Both the position numbers and the translations under genes were made by a program. From Eledone cirrhosa (taxonomy: Eukaryota): a DNA stretch of 64,000 nucleotides. The notes under the pieces were generated by a model that ran no database searches, was not told where the DNA came from, and was given only the letters and a program-made list of their open reading frames with translations. Below, one piece after another: positions 14,401-28,777 of the stretch. Every line of letters begins with the position of its first letter. Position 1 is the stretch's first letter. The stretch is from contig OZ024743.1 of the NCBI GenBank assembly GCA_964016885.1, positions 106,268,001-106,332,000 of the forward strand. The letters are read 5' to 3'.

Positions 14401-14721
14401 ACCTGTTTAACCCTCTTTTAATTTCAGTTTATTTTGATCATGCCTTTATTTTTAAATTTATCTCATTCCTTGTATTTTGATCATGCTTTATTTTTATTTT
14501 TATCTTTATTTTTTATTTTTTCATTCGCACCGTTTCCTTTCGCTATATGTCTCTCCACCACTCCCCTACACACCCTTTGAACTCTGTTCCCACACACTTC
14601 CCACCCGAGGAAGGGCTTATGCCCGAAACGTCGTCCCCCACCAACACCCAACTCTCGAGAGCGTGAAATTAATAAACATTGTTGTACTGCCTCTCTGTTT
14701 TGTCCCTGTTCAAATTTTTCC

Positions 14722-14723
<2 letters not shown>
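11420..14723 (+). mobile_element. C-rich PLE (Neptune-like by motif): frameshifted RT + GIY-YIG and C/A-rich 3' UTR
   Basis: YFLPKLHKPDNPGRPIVS, LDVKSLYT, GVAMGTRMGPNYANL, YGRYIDD, YVGQTGRRLADRVTEH, TPPGLN; AATAAA at 14671; flanked by (TA)n. Confidence 0.92.
14605..14635 (+). ncRNA. Degenerate minimal hammerhead motif
   Basis: CCGAGGA-A-GGGC-TTAT-GCCC-GAAA-CGTCGTC; U4 is changed to C and stem I does not pair, so it is probably inactive. Confidence 0.55.
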
Positions 14724-14781
<58 letters not shown>

Positions 14782-16071
14782 GTATGTATATGTATATATA
14801 TATATACACATTTCATATTATTTATTTATGTTCACATGCGGAACAAAGGCGCTCCCCTATGTTTGAAGATCCAAACATGACCATACTCCCAGAAAACAAG
14901 AGGCATCAAAATAACAACCTTTCTTCAGACGCTAATACGAGTTTATAAGATATCGTTAACAGTAAATCTTGCTAAGAACGCATGTTTGCAAAGGAAAACA
15001 TAATACACAAAGGAAAATAACTGCGAAATATAATTTCGAATTTTGAGATCAACCACGTGTTTGGGTTCTTACACAATAGCGGAAGTATTATAAAAGTATA
15101 CTAGCATTGAAAATGTATTGTAGTATGTAAATGTGGAAAGAGAAAGAAAAGACTTAACTCATGTATATAAATCAGCTTGAGGTGGTTGAAATAAGTCGAA
15201 TTCGAATGTTTCTACTTTACAGGCAGCTGCGCTTTGCTCTTTAAGTTAATATTGTTCGGAGATGACAAACCCTCTAATAACCTAAATTTCTGCCTCACAC
15301 AGAGAAGATATTTGCTGATACCGTTGTTGTAACGCCTGGATCTTTCAATTACTTTCCAAGATATCCCATGTGGGACTCCTTTCTCCTTTCATTGCCAGAC
15401 ATTTCTCGCCAGGGACGTACAGGTTCTCATATCAGGACTTCTGAAGGAGTAAAAAACGTTTTCTAAAACGATCTTGCACCATACCGATGTATTTTTCACT
15501 AAATTCAGAATGTTCTGTGTTGTGTGTAATCTTTACCTCATACACAACATATTTGATAATACAATTCTATTGAAGAGAACAGTTTATTTTTAATCCTACA
15601 AGAGCTGTTTGGATTATCGTCAGGTATATTGTTTCCATTAATATTTGATCTCCCAGGCGGTGAACATGAACAGGATATATTGACGGTGTTACGAATGAAT
15701 AGTTGACTATATCTAATTTGTGGTGGGAAATGTCAATCTAATATGTGTATATATATATATGTGTGTGTGAGTGTGTGTGTGTTTGTGCGTGTGTGTATGT
15801 AATAAATGTGATTAAATTATCAGAATCTAGTACTCAATAGGAATATAGTGGTGCATATTAAAAAACAATTAATATTACATCACGATGTCTGATTTTCCAC
15901 ATTAACAGCTGTTATTTCTTTCGATTATTGTTTAGTAGTTTTAATGTGATCGTCAACACCACGCAATTAATAGACGCACAAACAGATATACATATATTAA
16001 TATAGACACACTACATCCTTCACTCTCTCTCTCTCACCCTCTCGCTATATATATATATATATATATATATA

Positions 16072-16480
16072 TGGCGGCTGCCAACTCGTTTTTGAGTACG
16101 GCCACTACTTTATATCCATGTAGGAGAACTACCGATCTGCTGAACGAGTGTGGCTTTTTAGTGCAGCCAGTGACTTGAAAACTCTGGTACAAACACTACA
16201 CTTGTGACAATTATTGACACATAGTGCTGGGCCCATGGTTCCATGTGACGACAAGTGCAGAGAGATCTCCAGATATAAAGCAATGCCTGTGCCGTGAAGC
16301 TTTTATAGTGAGCAAAGGCACTGGCCAAAGCCAGTCCCACTCTCTTAACCAAGATGATATTTACCAAAAAGAAGAACAAGTCTACATCATTGGATACCAT
16401 CAGGGTTGCAGGTGTTATATCAGAGTTTTCCTTCTCCTAGAATTCTGCCTTGACAAAGGCTAAGGGGTCATCTCTCCCGG
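16072..16480. mobile_element. Non-coding repeat of about 410 bp inserted in (TA)n (copy 1 of 3)
   Basis: Highly similar to 53951-54330 and, inverted, to 54646-55059; one end resembles an RTE 5' UTR (TTTCCTTCTCCTAG...AAGGCTAAG). Confidence 0.8.
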
Positions 16481-17499
16481 ATATATATATATATAGATAG
16501 ATATATACATATAGTTATGCATATGTTCATCGAGTGCGAGGGAGGGAGCGAATGTGTGTGACTAAAATATAAAATTAGGCACGGGGTGAACTAGCTGTAC
16601 GACAGCAAAGTTTGGCAGACTAGATATTTCGGCTAGTAAAAGTATATAGACATCAGTTAAAACTAGGCTTTTCCGTTAATCTGTACATCAGATATGGTTA
16701 CATTACATTATCCACAGTTAATCAATGACAAACAAAAGATAAAGGTCGTGTAGATCATAAGCTAGAAACTACGTGAGTGATGAATATTAGCGGATATTAA
16801 AAATGTACAAGATTGCTAAGAAAAATATGAGGTGGACAAAGCAAACAGGAAGCTAAATAAGATCTTTAATTTTTGAAATTCTTTTCTTATACAATCAAAC
16901 AGAAAATTGTAATTATTAAAGTAAAGTTAACGTAGACATATTTGAACAATAAATGTTGATGTTTAAAGGCTGTAATGTTAGCAGAAAAATAGTTGCGGTA
17001 AAAAGTCTAGTTTGCACCTATGTAAATAAGCGTTCAAACAATATATCTTTAGAAATTTTTTTAAAAAGCACCAAAACACTAAAATATTTCATACCACTGT
17101 AGACGGCGTAATTATAGATTCTGCTGCTGATGGGAAATACTTCTGAAATGTATGCAGCGCATATATTCCGGTATTTCAGTAGATGTGATATGATAAAACC
17201 TTAAAATATTGACCGTGATATTATATGTATGTCAAATAAACGTAAATATATTGTTTATATGTCTTTATTTTCAATCACGATATATTAATGCTCTCACCAA
17301 TTAATACTAACCACACACGATTGCATTATGGGTAAATTAGATTCCATCAAATCCAGATTGCTCCCCAAATCGATTATTCCTCTCAATATATTTTTTATTA
17401 TACATATACGTTTTAAACACGTGTCAAAATATGATTATATATGTATGTAAGCAGAAATTATACAAGATAATTTAATATTATAGCCCCGCCATTGTATCC

Positions 17500-20010
17500 A
17501 ATTTGATGAGATGGGTCGACACGCTAAGAATATGCAGATGAATCAGAATGAAATGACTTCAAGTGCACACAAACAACGGTAGATACTCCACTTTAACGTT
17601 TTATGGAAATTTAATGGAGAGTAAAATGAAGACGCTCTTGGGTAGAAACTAGACGCAGACGATAAACAACTAGCCAATTTTTCAGGAGAAGTTTCGGTCC
17701 AGGATCCATGGATAACTTCAAGAAATATCTGACCTGCTAGTGCTAACGGGGAGCGTTGCCAATTCTAGTTAAACTCTATCGGAATGGAAGTGTCATTAGC
17801 TGAGTTTCCCCGACATATTCGCAGTGCGATAGAACGATCATGCACACATACGTCCAGTGTCCGAGCATTCCTGTCTTTTGGGTTTACATCGAACACCTGC
17901 TGTAATATGTATGACGGATCCGGCTTTCAGCAAAGTCAATCGCAAATAATTCTCCACTGCCTTCCTTTAACTGTGAAAGGAAGACAGTTTTTTTATCTGT
18001 CTGGAGACAATAGTAAAAGCGGTCGTGTAGAATAGAAATAAAATTGATTCCATTAGTAGAAATGGAGTGGATGTTATGTGTGTGTTTGTGTGGGGGGCAT
18101 GGTTAGCATGTTAAGGTGTTAAAATATTAACGTATGTTAAAGTAGATTTAGCTCTGGTCTTTTATTTTTGAATATACTAAAGTGTGTTATGTGAGTGTGT
18201 GTTTGTGTGTATGTATATGTGTGTGGGGATTGTTAGCATGTTATGGTGTTAACATATCAACGTATATTAAAATATATTTAATGGTAGTCTATATTTTTGA
18301 ATAAATATATTTTCCTTATTTATTCGTATTTGGTCTGTTGTATTGTCAGTGTACATGTAAAGTGGGAAGATTTGGAAATTGGGTGTCTTATTGTTTGCAC
18401 ATATGTCTAGATATCCACTGAGTGGTGTATGTCTTGTCATAGGGTTTCGTAATTGGTGGTGATGAATTGTCATTCTGTTTCTGAAGGGGTGGTTAGTTGT
18501 TTGCCCTATATAATGTTCATTACATCTTTTACATTTAATGGCATGAATACATTTTTTGATGAGCAAGTGAAATTATTTTTTACTACAAAATGTTGTCCTG
18601 ATTGAAATGTATACATTGTGCCTCCAATGAGGAGAGTGCATGTTCGGCAATTAGAGCGACCACATCTTTTTGACAGTTTGTTTTAGGTTGTGGTAAGACA
18701 TTTGGCATCGGTGAGTAATATTTTTAGTGATTTAGGTTGTCTTTTGCTTTTTATTACTTTGTGTGTTTCAAATATGTTGTTTCATTCTTCGGCCTTGCTT
18801 CAATAGGGGATGTTCTTTTTGTATGCTTCCGTATTTGATGGGTTGCGTGTTGAGATATATGATAGAATATTGGATGTACATTGAGTTTGTTTAGGTTTAC
18901 ATACTTCTTCAATGTCTATTGCTTTAGCCCTTTCTATTCCGTTATCTATTAATAACAGTGCGTACTGTATTTCGAGCAGAATTTCCTTCAATTCTTGTAG
19001 TCTTATATTCCGCGTGTCATAATTGGAGAAAATTGTGCAAATTCGACTTGCTAGATTAGAAGCGATGTTCGTTTTCCTGTGCTGTGGATGGTTGCAGATG
19101 AATAAAAGGTATTGTTTGGAATCTGTTGGTTTGTAGTGGATTTCAGTTTCAATATCTGTGTCTTTTTAATGATTAAGATGTCCAGAAATGGGAGTTGGTC
19201 CTGACTGTATTCCATTGTGAATGAGATATGTTTATTGATGCTGTGAATTAAATTTTTGAATTCATTTAGTTGCTCGTGTGTATGAGACCGTAGAATAAGG
19301 CAGTCATCCAAATACCGTTTCTAATCGTCTGACAAATATTTGTGGAAGTTCAAGTCTTATTTTAACTTGGAATGTTCATATATCTGGACTTCCAATTATG
19401 CCATGACTAAGTTACCGTAAATTGGAGCGACATTTGTACCCATCGCAGTCCCCGATATTTGTTGTACTTGTTGCGATAGAAATCAAAAACTTTGTAAAAT
19501 GTATTTTAATCGCTCGGAGATGAATATTTTGTCTATTCATTCCGGGATCTCATTGAAGTATATTTCTAGCCAGAATCCTATTGCTTCTAGTACGTATTGG
19601 TTTGGAATCGTCATGTAGCGGTTCACTACAGCGAAAGACACAATAATAAAGTCGTTGTTGACATGTGTGGGGAGGTGGTTTAAGAGGTCCAGTTCGGCTC
19701 TTACACGGCTTGGTATGTGTTTGAGAATTGGTTTGAGTAATGTGTCTATAACGTTGCTCAGTCTATGTGTTTCTCATTGTGGGCCCGTTACAATTGGTCT
19801 TAATTTAAAGTCAGTGGGGTGCTGTATGGTTACGCAGGTTGAGGTGGAATTTTTCCAGGCTCGTAAAATGTTTTACACTTGTGGATCTTCGAAAGTCCGT
19901 AAAGGTAGCTGGTTTAGCATTCAACATATTTTAAATAATCGCGTTCCATTTTAGTTAACACAAATGAATGCGTTTAATCTGGTCATCGTTTTTGGTTGCT
20001 GGTCATTGTT
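17500..20010 (-). mobile_element. Decayed PLE (Neptune-like): RT + GIY-YIG
   Basis: RPIVTGP..THRLS, GTAMGTNVAPIYGN, YLDDC, QLPFLDILI, AIKCKRCNEHYIGQT; 3' UTR limit uncertain. Confidence 0.85.
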
Positions 20011-20513
20011 TAGTATATATATATACTAGTTGAGAGCTTTGGTTATGACGCGGTTACATTCCCTTTGTTTTCACACCCTATAAACAACCGGCGAATTTTG
20101 ACAAGCCTGACCTTCCTCTTTTGAGATAGGTCATGTGACAGCAAAGTTAGCGTAGCTTCTATGGCGAGATTGCCTCTGCTGTCATAACGAACTTTGGGCA
20201 TGAGGAACAAAGCCTGATTTTAATTAACATGATATTGTCCACGTAGGTTTTCAAACTTTCTATATTCATCGTTGTTCGGGGATATGTATGGCTACTGCCT
20301 TCTTTCCTTTTTCTTGGTGTCACAGTTTTCAACTGTTGCATTTATTCTAGACGGTAAAGTATTAACATATCACTCTATTGAATGCTTTGTGATTGTCTCA
20401 AACAACACGATCAGTACCTGCTATAGGGCAGATACAACTTCGATTTGCACCTGATATATATATATAAAGAATAAACGATACACACACACATACACACACC
20501 ACACACGGATACA

Positions 20514-20592
<79 letters not shown>

Positions 20593-20594
<2 letters not shown>

Positions 20595-22519
20595 AGGGAG
20601 TATAACTTGGAGTTACTGTAGGTTCACCCGGGTGAGCACTGGATGTTTAGGTTCACTTCAATGTTTAGATGTAGAGCTAGACAGAGTGTATTATAGTGAA
20701 AAAATAACAAAGACGATTGGTTACTCCTTCATTACATTTATTGGTTGGTGACCCCAATATGGACTCTGAATATCGCACGCGGATACGTAGTAATAGAGAC
20801 CCGAGATATAACGCCAATAGAATACTAGGAACCCCTACGACAAATACGCCTAATCAAAACACACCCACGCAACCACCAGACCTCAACAACCACACTAAAC
20901 ACCGTAAAGCCCAAAGTAGACCTATAAATGTATTCTATACACGTTGCCACCAATATACCGGGAAGCCTATTCAGGGCTCTGGAAAATCCTTCCCACATAC
21001 ATACACATAAATACCACAAGCTCTTCAATAGACACGCTCTTAAAATCTCATTCTCCACACCACTAAATCTAGGCCACACGATAGCACACACTAATAGGAC
21101 AAAAATACGCAAACACATGGTAACCCCACAACAAACCACTTGTACAACCCAGAACGAAACCACACACACAACACAACAACCCACATGCCAGCTCCACACA
21201 AAATACCATCAACCCACAAAGTGCCATCAAACCCCCAACTGCAACTACAATAAGCGAGTAGAATGCCCATTAAACGGGGAGTGCCTTGTTAAAAACATTA
21301 TTTACCGGTGCGATGTCACAGCTGGCACAAAAGAGTACCCCTATATAGGTGCGACCTCGACTACGTTTAACCACAAAAGCTCCTTTAAACACAGGTTCAA
21401 ACGATTCCAACTAAACTGGCCGATTTGATCTGGGATCTCAAAGACAAGAACATCGAATTCCAGATCATATGGTCAGTTAAAAGACGCGTGGCCCAACTCC
21501 CCAGCGACAAAAACCACTGCAGGTTATGCCTAGCCGAGGCGGCTGAGATCATTAAATTGAAATCTGCCATAAACTCTAGGTCTGACATAAGTATATATTG
21601 TAGACACACCAGGTTGAACACCTTCTCTGCACAAATATACGGCCGAGGGCCACACACTAACCCTGACTCAACATAGTGATAACCACCTTTGCTTTGCCAC
21701 ACGGTGCCTCATCTCAGTTCGTTTGTCTTATATAACATGTAACCCTTTGTAAGTTAAGATGTTGTAATTATCATGTCGCATCCATCACTCCCACCAACAG
21801 ACACATCGCCATACATCCCTCATCTCTGTACCATTGTGTTCTATCTGTCCTCTCTGTCAGGTTTTACCTTGTAAACCATCGTAACATCCTTTCCTGTAAA
21901 TATAATGTCGAACATATAACCCCATCGCCACCACCGCCACAATACACATCGCTATACGTCCACCATCCCTCATACAAAACCTTCTTTTCCCCGTGTTCCT
22001 TATGTCACTTTTTAACCTGCAATCCATCGTAAAATTCGTTCCTGTAAATATTTTGTCGCACATATCACCACCGCCACGACCTCTACCAGGTACATCTCCA
22101 TAATTCAACAATCATTAACATCATTAACATCACCAATACATATCATCCCTCCCTAAACAACGCATGTGTGTGAGCCTGTGTGTAAGTATATTTATTAGTA
22201 CAGCGCCATCTCCACTGGCTCTCCTCGCTTCTCTCTCTTTATATATATATACACATGTGTATGTATACTACGTATTTGTCAGACTAAGTGTGTCTATGTA
22301 TTTATCTGCTTATTGAATTTGACAGCACCAACACACCCATCACACCATAATAAACACCATTTCCACAAACAACACCACACCCACACCACACACAAAATTC
22401 AGCCTCAACTACATGCCAATCAGTCTACCGACAACCAGCACCCCACGCCTGAAACGCTCGTCACCATCCAATGAATGTAATGAAGGAGTAACCGACGTCC
22501 TTGTTATGTTTTCTCTCTC

Positions 22520-22520
<1 letters not shown>
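20593..22520 (+). mobile_element. 5'-truncated PLE (GIY-YIG) with an inverted terminal segment at its 5' end
   Basis: HKYHKLFNRHALKISFS, CPLNGECLVKNIIY..YIGAT, CRLCLAE, CRH; 20700-20752 is the reverse complement of 22460-22512; both ends in TA repeats. Confidence 0.85.
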
Positions 22521-22614
<94 letters not shown>

Positions 22615-22615
<1 letters not shown>

Positions 22616-25160
22616 AGAGGGTCATATAGTTGTAATAATATTGCCAGAATTAATAACAGAACACATTCACTGTTTGGTTGGTTTTCGCTTCTGTATCTTT
22701 TATTTCAGTTAATTTATTCGGTCCTTAATATTTTCCATTGACTGATCAACAGTCAAAAATACAGATATAATATAGACACAAACACATATATATAGTCTAA
22801 CAAAGTTCTTTCGTTGCACATCTGCAACATCGTCAGTGGGCTATTATGTTTCCTCCTGTGGTATTGTATGTCTATGCCATCTTTATTTAATTTGTTTATT
22901 TATTTATTTATTTTTGGCTTCTTCTCTGCGCATGCGTTTCCGTGTGTGTATAGTGTTTGACGTGTGTTCGCGTGTGGGTGACTGTGTTTTGGTTATGGTA
23001 TTCTATCTTAGTTTACTAGTGTGTGTTTATATGTGTTTGTTGTTATTGTGCTTGTGTATATATTTATTTATTTATTTATATTTCTCTTAGGTCAGTATTG
23101 TTTGTTTGGGTGTTGTTGTTATTCCATTCATTTTTTTCTGTTTAGCTTTGGCCTTCTAAGTTCTATTTCATTGGCCTCTCTGATTTGCCTATGAGTCATT
23201 TCTATGTTTAGATATTATTTTAATTTCTATGTTTAGATATTATTTTAATTTCTATGTTGTCTATGTTACTGTCATGTTGTTGTCTAGCGTGTTCGTATAG
23301 TACTGAACCGTTTTTTCTTCCTTTTAGTCCCCCCAGTGTTGGTCTCTCCTTTCACATATACTACGAGCTGTCTCGCCTATGTATGTTGTTGTCATGTTTC
23401 TGCAAGTACCCTCTGTACATCTTATGCTATAGACTACGTTTCTAGTTTTACAGTTTATCCGGGGGTTTACTTTACATATAATACATTTCCTATTAGTACA
23501 GTGGGTTTTCTTAAAAGGGTATGTTTTGTTTATCAGGGATTTTATGGTGGTCCCTAGCTTTTCTACCTCCTTAATCTTTAGGTGGGTCTTTCTCATGGCC
23601 TTTCTACACTGGTTACCTAATTTCCCTCAAAGGGTAGCGTCCACAAACATGACACTCTGGTATCTCTGGTTGTCTTACCATGAGGTGGCTTTCCCTATCT
23701 TATGTTTAGTCCTATCTAAGCTATTCCATGATTTGCTCCTCTATAATGGGCAAATTCATTTCATGTCCAGTTCTATGAGGGTCTTATACTTCTCCGTGGC
23801 TCCTAAGTATACTTTGATTCTATCTCTCTGGTTGTAGCCAGAGAACTGCATGCGGTTGATGAAGTGTTGGATGTGTCTTTCCATTTCTGTTGGGTCGCAT
23901 ATGCAGGACACGTTCTTCATAACTCGTACCATGTCTGCGATCAGAATATTGAACTTAGAACTACTGGACATTGCTGAGATTTTGAGTATCAGGTATTTCG
24001 TGGCCATGGGTTTAGCGTAGTTTGAGTGGGGAATTTGGGCTCTCTCGTCTATAGTGTAAATCCAGAGTTCCGTGTCTAATATAGGGAGTCTATTGTTAGG
24101 GTGTTTAGAAGGGTAGTCGACAGTTACAGTTATACTCTGGTGTATGGAATTAGCTATCCGCTGGATGCCTTCCATTGTGCTACATTCTAAATCATACTTG
24201 TTAGTACTCTCTTGTGGGTATGTCCTTATCACTAGATTAATGTCGTCTACATAACGAGAGTACATGATGAGGTCTATGGAGCTCTCATCAAGGAGATCTT
24301 TGAGTCTCCTTTTCCACCATACCATAAAAAGGTTGGCAACGTCACCAGCTATGCTGACGCAAATGGCTGCTCGCTCATTTTGGGTGTAGATCTCGTCGAA
24401 TTTGAATATGTGGCCCTTTAGGGTAGTTTTAATACTAGCCCCTATTGCATGTGCGACCATTTTTCTTACCTGATCATTGTTTTGGTGGGTCTGTATGGTT
24501 TTGGTCCACCCAATCCACCTTTCCATGGGAGTCTTTTTTGCCACTGAGGTTATGGTGGGGCGGTCTACCTTTTATGGGTCTACTGGGGCAGAAACGGCTA
24601 AGGTAATGGCTGTCTAGGTAGTCAGTGTCATAATGAGTCTAAGTAGGAGGCCCAGTTCGTCTGTGTCGACGTCGCAGAACTCCACCTCACCCTCAGTCAT
24701 CATCTCCACACATTTTTCCACAGCAAAATCAATGTTAATGGATGGGTATAGTGATACCACGTCCATACTGCATATTATGCAGTTGGATAGGTTTTTGTTT
24801 TTGTTGCACTCACTGATTCTTCTGAGGAGGTCCTCTGTACTGTCACATACATCTGGAGACATCTTGATTATGGGGCGTATAACCATTGAGAAGAAGTAGG
24901 AGATCATGTAGTTGCTAACGATATTGGTGCTGCACACAGGTCTTGTTGGTGGTCTTGCTGTCGGGTCGTCGTCTGTCTTATAGTATTTGCGGAGCCCATA
25001 CAAGGGTGATATGTCATTGTTAGACGCCTGGAAGTTGTTGGCAGTGCATCTGCTTGGTTTAGGATGTCGGTCCATATCATCATCTGAGCGTTGAGGATCT
25101 TCTCTCTCCCCTCATATATTTGCTGAGTAATTTCGCTCGTGTGGGTGATGTGAGGTTATA
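22615..25160 (-). mobile_element. Decayed PLE of a different subgroup: RT + GIY-YIG
   Basis: PLYGLRK..PPTRPVC, SMDVVSLYPSI, SIAGDVANLFM, YSRYVDD, LPILD, NVVYSIRC..YIGETARS. Confidence 0.88.
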
Positions 25161-25169
25161 TACATATAT

Positions 25170-26866
25170 GTTGTAGTGGGAAGTGATTTTCGATTAGCCT
25201 AAAGAAGATTTTTCCGATAACTCCGCTACCACAACATAATCAACAAAAACACCATCAAACTCTCCTACAGCACCAAACCTAACTTAACGCACAAAACATC
25301 GTCTCCTCTAACAACAAAAAACTCAACCTCTATGGAAGAAATAACCTAGACATATGTGGAGAGCCGACCAGTAGGTGTAACTGTCCTGATAGACTCATGT
25401 GCCCCCTCAACAACAGATGCCGAGAAAGTAATGTGATCTACCAGTGCAACGTGAGGACGAACACCTCCAAGAAAGCTTATGTAAGATTAACCGCTTGTCA
25501 CTTCAAGACCCGGCTCTACCAACACCGACATACTTTCCGAAACACGGTCCGGCGACATGCCACTACACTTTCGGGACACATCTGGGACCTCAAAGATAAT
25601 AATATAACCTACAATCTCACTTGGAGCTTACTGTCCAGAGCTAACTCTTACACGGGAGCAAGTTGTCCGTGTAATTTATGCTCGGAGGAAACATTACAAA
25701 TGTTGTTTTCGAAGGACCAACTCCTAAACACGAAAGACGAACTGGTAACCGCATGCAAACACAGATTGCGTAGGACTTACATCGCCCTCATACCCCATAA
25801 CTCCCGGGTGAGTAGACAAGTGCTGATACCCCCCACTTGCCGATTTTGTAAGGGGAAACCCCTGCTTACATAGGTAGACAAACCTTTTTTTCTTTTCCTC
25901 TACGTTCCCCTCCATCTCATCCTATCACTTCCTTCCACCCCCGATCTTCTTCCTCGTCTGCTATTCACCTTTCGCCTACCCCGATGCAGCCCACCGGTCG
26001 TCTGTAGCCTCAGTACCCCCACCCCCGTAATTTTAAGATAGAATTGGCCGATTACGCCTTATTTTTAGCAGATGTGTTAGACCCCTGTAATTTTTTGTTT
26101 TTTGTTACTACTCCAATTCTACAATTTCTAAATTGCTTATTTAGTATTATTTTTTTCTCAACTTATTAACCTGTAATTGTAAGATAGCATTGGCTGATTA
26201 CGCTTTACTAACTATTTATAGCAGCTGTGTTAGACCCCTGTAAAGCCTGCTTTACATTTTTTCACTACCAACTACAATCTCTTATTTGGTATTTTCCCAT
26301 TTTCTACCTATTAAACTTTTCTATAGCTTAGCAATACCTACTAATTATAGCAGCAGTTTCTAGGCTCTACTGTTTTTGTTTTTTTATTCATTTCTCACTA
26401 TCAAAACTTTTTATATATTTATTATTCTTTTATTTTTATATTTATTTTTATTTTTATTTTACTCGCTTTTAACTCCCCCCTCCTTTTCTCCATTACAATT
26501 GTTCGACTTTTTATACACTATCCCTAGAATCTGATGGATAGATTTCACTTTCAACGCCTGACTGGCTTTCTTCACTCCCTCTTTGTTCTACCGGCAAGTT
26601 CAGCCACCCCTACCTCCCACCACATGCCATGATAGATTTATTTGACTTTATAACAAATTTTAACCAATCCTCTTGACAATTACTATCTTTCCATATAAGT
26701 TTGGCTATTTATTTACCAGGCTAAACATTCTTACTTCGTCCAGAAATAGCTGTCGAAAGGCCGTCGGGGTCATACTTGTTCCTATTACCGTCGCTACTAC
26801 CCTAAGTATTGAGTACTTTAGTGCATTATGGTTCATCTGGTTACTTACCACAATTCCTTCGTTATA
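25170..26866 (+). mobile_element. 5'-truncated PLE (GIY-YIG + 3' UTR), same family as 56682-58550 and 61171-63872
   Basis: CPLNNRCRESNVIYQCNV..FKTRLYQHRHTF..CNLCSEE..ACKH; shared 3' terminus CCTTCGTTA then (TA)n. Confidence 0.9.
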
Positions 26867-26897
26867 TATATATATATAACGAAGGAATTGTGGTAAG

Positions 26898-26933
<36 letters not shown>

Positions 26934-26939
26934 GGTAAG

Positions 26940-26980
<41 letters not shown>

Positions 26981-26984
<4 letters not shown>

Positions 26985-27166
26985 GTTTCTACTTCAGGCA
27001 CAAGGCCAGCAATTACCCAGTACATTACTGGTAGTTTATTTTATCGACCCCGTAAGGATGAAAGGCAAAGTCAACCTCGACGGGATTTGAACTCAGATCG
27101 TAAAGGGACGTAACTATGCTGGAAAGCATGGCGTACGACACTCTACCGATACTGCCAATCCACCGC

Positions 27167-27168
<2 letters not shown>
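26981..27168 (-). mobile_element. Full-length SINE
   Basis: Minus strand reads GGGCGGTGGATTGGCAGTATCGGTAG...GAGTTCAAATCCCG...GTAGAAACAATT. Confidence 0.9.
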
Positions 27169-27210
<42 letters not shown>

Positions 27211-27252
27211 AAAGAACACAAGAGCATCTACAACATCAACAGATTTTCATTG

Positions 27253-27297
27253 GCTTACAATGTTTCTTCCTTACGTAACCGTAGGATTCGTCAGAGC
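27253..27297 (-). ncRNA. Type I hammerhead ribozyme (intact core)
   Basis: Exact reverse complement of 28733-28777. Confidence 0.85.
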
Positions 27298-28732
27298 TAT
27301 AAAAGGGGTTTGCTTGGTGTTATGGACTCTACCAACCAAACATTCAAGAACAAAGAGTAAAGAGAGTAAAGAGCAAAAGCAGGGGACGATAAGTCTAATT
27401 TTGGTGCGGGAGGGTGGGGTGTGGGTCCTTGTTTACTAGCTGTGGTCATATTCATTCCCGGGAGTCGAGTGGTTAGTTCAGCCATAGTTACTATCTTGAC
27501 TGCTTACGCTCACAATTACTACGTAGCGGTTCTTGCACGTGACTGCTGGACGCGGATGAAACGAAGACGAAGAATTTCCTTGCGTACCGTTTTGTACCAC
27601 AGATTCGATCTCACTCTGCCTCGTTAATGTTCAATCGACACCAAAGTTCAACGTTCGGGGCAATAGAATTGAATCCAACCACCGACAACATAGTTGGATG
27701 ACCGATAATCACACCAAATCCGGAGTACTGTGATCCTTGTGATTTCGAGATATACAACCACTGACACTGTTAAGAAGACCAGAAAACCATACTCCATAAT
27801 ATTGAACCAAGTGATTGATTTGTGCGACCAAAATAACAACACACACATATTGAACTAGGAATATTGGATCCTCCGTCAATGTCTGGGTGAGCAAAAATAG
27901 ATTTCTATCTGCATTGGAATTTACGAACTTGTGCATCTGCTGTGGTGTCAAAAACAAACGCACATGATGGCACAGATGAACAATGGACTATGCCACGTGG
28001 GTTGAACCTGCAAGTGAATTGAAGGATGTGTAACTCTGATACACAGATTATTTATTATTAAGATGTATAAACTTGACATAACTATTATCATCTTATATTC
28101 TCTCAACTAATCACATTTGATTATATTTCTCTATCCCGTTTTCTCCCGCCATATTCATGAAATTTTTTTTTATTTGAAAAAAATCGTTTTTTTTACATTG
28201 TGTTTTTCCCTTTTTAATACTTGCTTATATTTCTTTATATATTCTCTATATATTTTTTTTTATTCATATATATATATATTTTTATCTTTATTCTTATTTT
28301 CACTTTTATCCTCCTTTATATTTTACCTTATTCTTACTTTTATACCTTATTATAGTGTAATCTTCCCCATGCCTTATTATACATTATTAATTATAGATTA
28401 TTATTATTACTCTTTTTCCATTTCTAATTACCTCATGTACTTTCTCCTCCGTTATATATATATTGTATGCCCTTTGTGTGTGTGTAGACTCTGCACACCC
28501 TCTGCACCCTACTATCGACGTCACCCAATCTATGGCTCAACTAACCACTCGACTCCCGGGAATGAATATGACCACAGCTAGTAAACAAGGAACCCCCCGC
28601 ACCCCCCCCCCCCCCCCCCCCCGCACCAAAATTAGACTTATCGTCCCCTGCTTTTGCTCTTTACTCTCTTTACTCTTTGTTCTTGAATGTTTGGTTGGTA
28701 GAGTCCATAACACCAATCAAACCCCTTTTATA

Positions 28733-28777
28733 GCTCTGACGAATCCTACGGTTACGTAAGGAAGAAACATTGTAAGC
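28733..28777 (+). ncRNA. Type I hammerhead ribozyme (intact core)
   Basis: GCT-CTGACGA-A-TCCTACG-GTTA-CGTAAGGA-A-GAAA-C-ATT-G-TA-AGC; GUA triplet. Confidence 0.85.

Noticed and set aside
17680-17730. Minus-strand TTGAAGT..TCCA..TGGACC-GAAA hammerhead-like remnant
   Set aside because: Core, stem III and stem I are all degenerate; the position is plausible but the call is unsupported on its own.
22706-22765. Minus-strand CTGTTGA..GGACC-GAAT motif near a PLE 3' end
   Set aside because: Two invariant positions are altered and stem II is weak.
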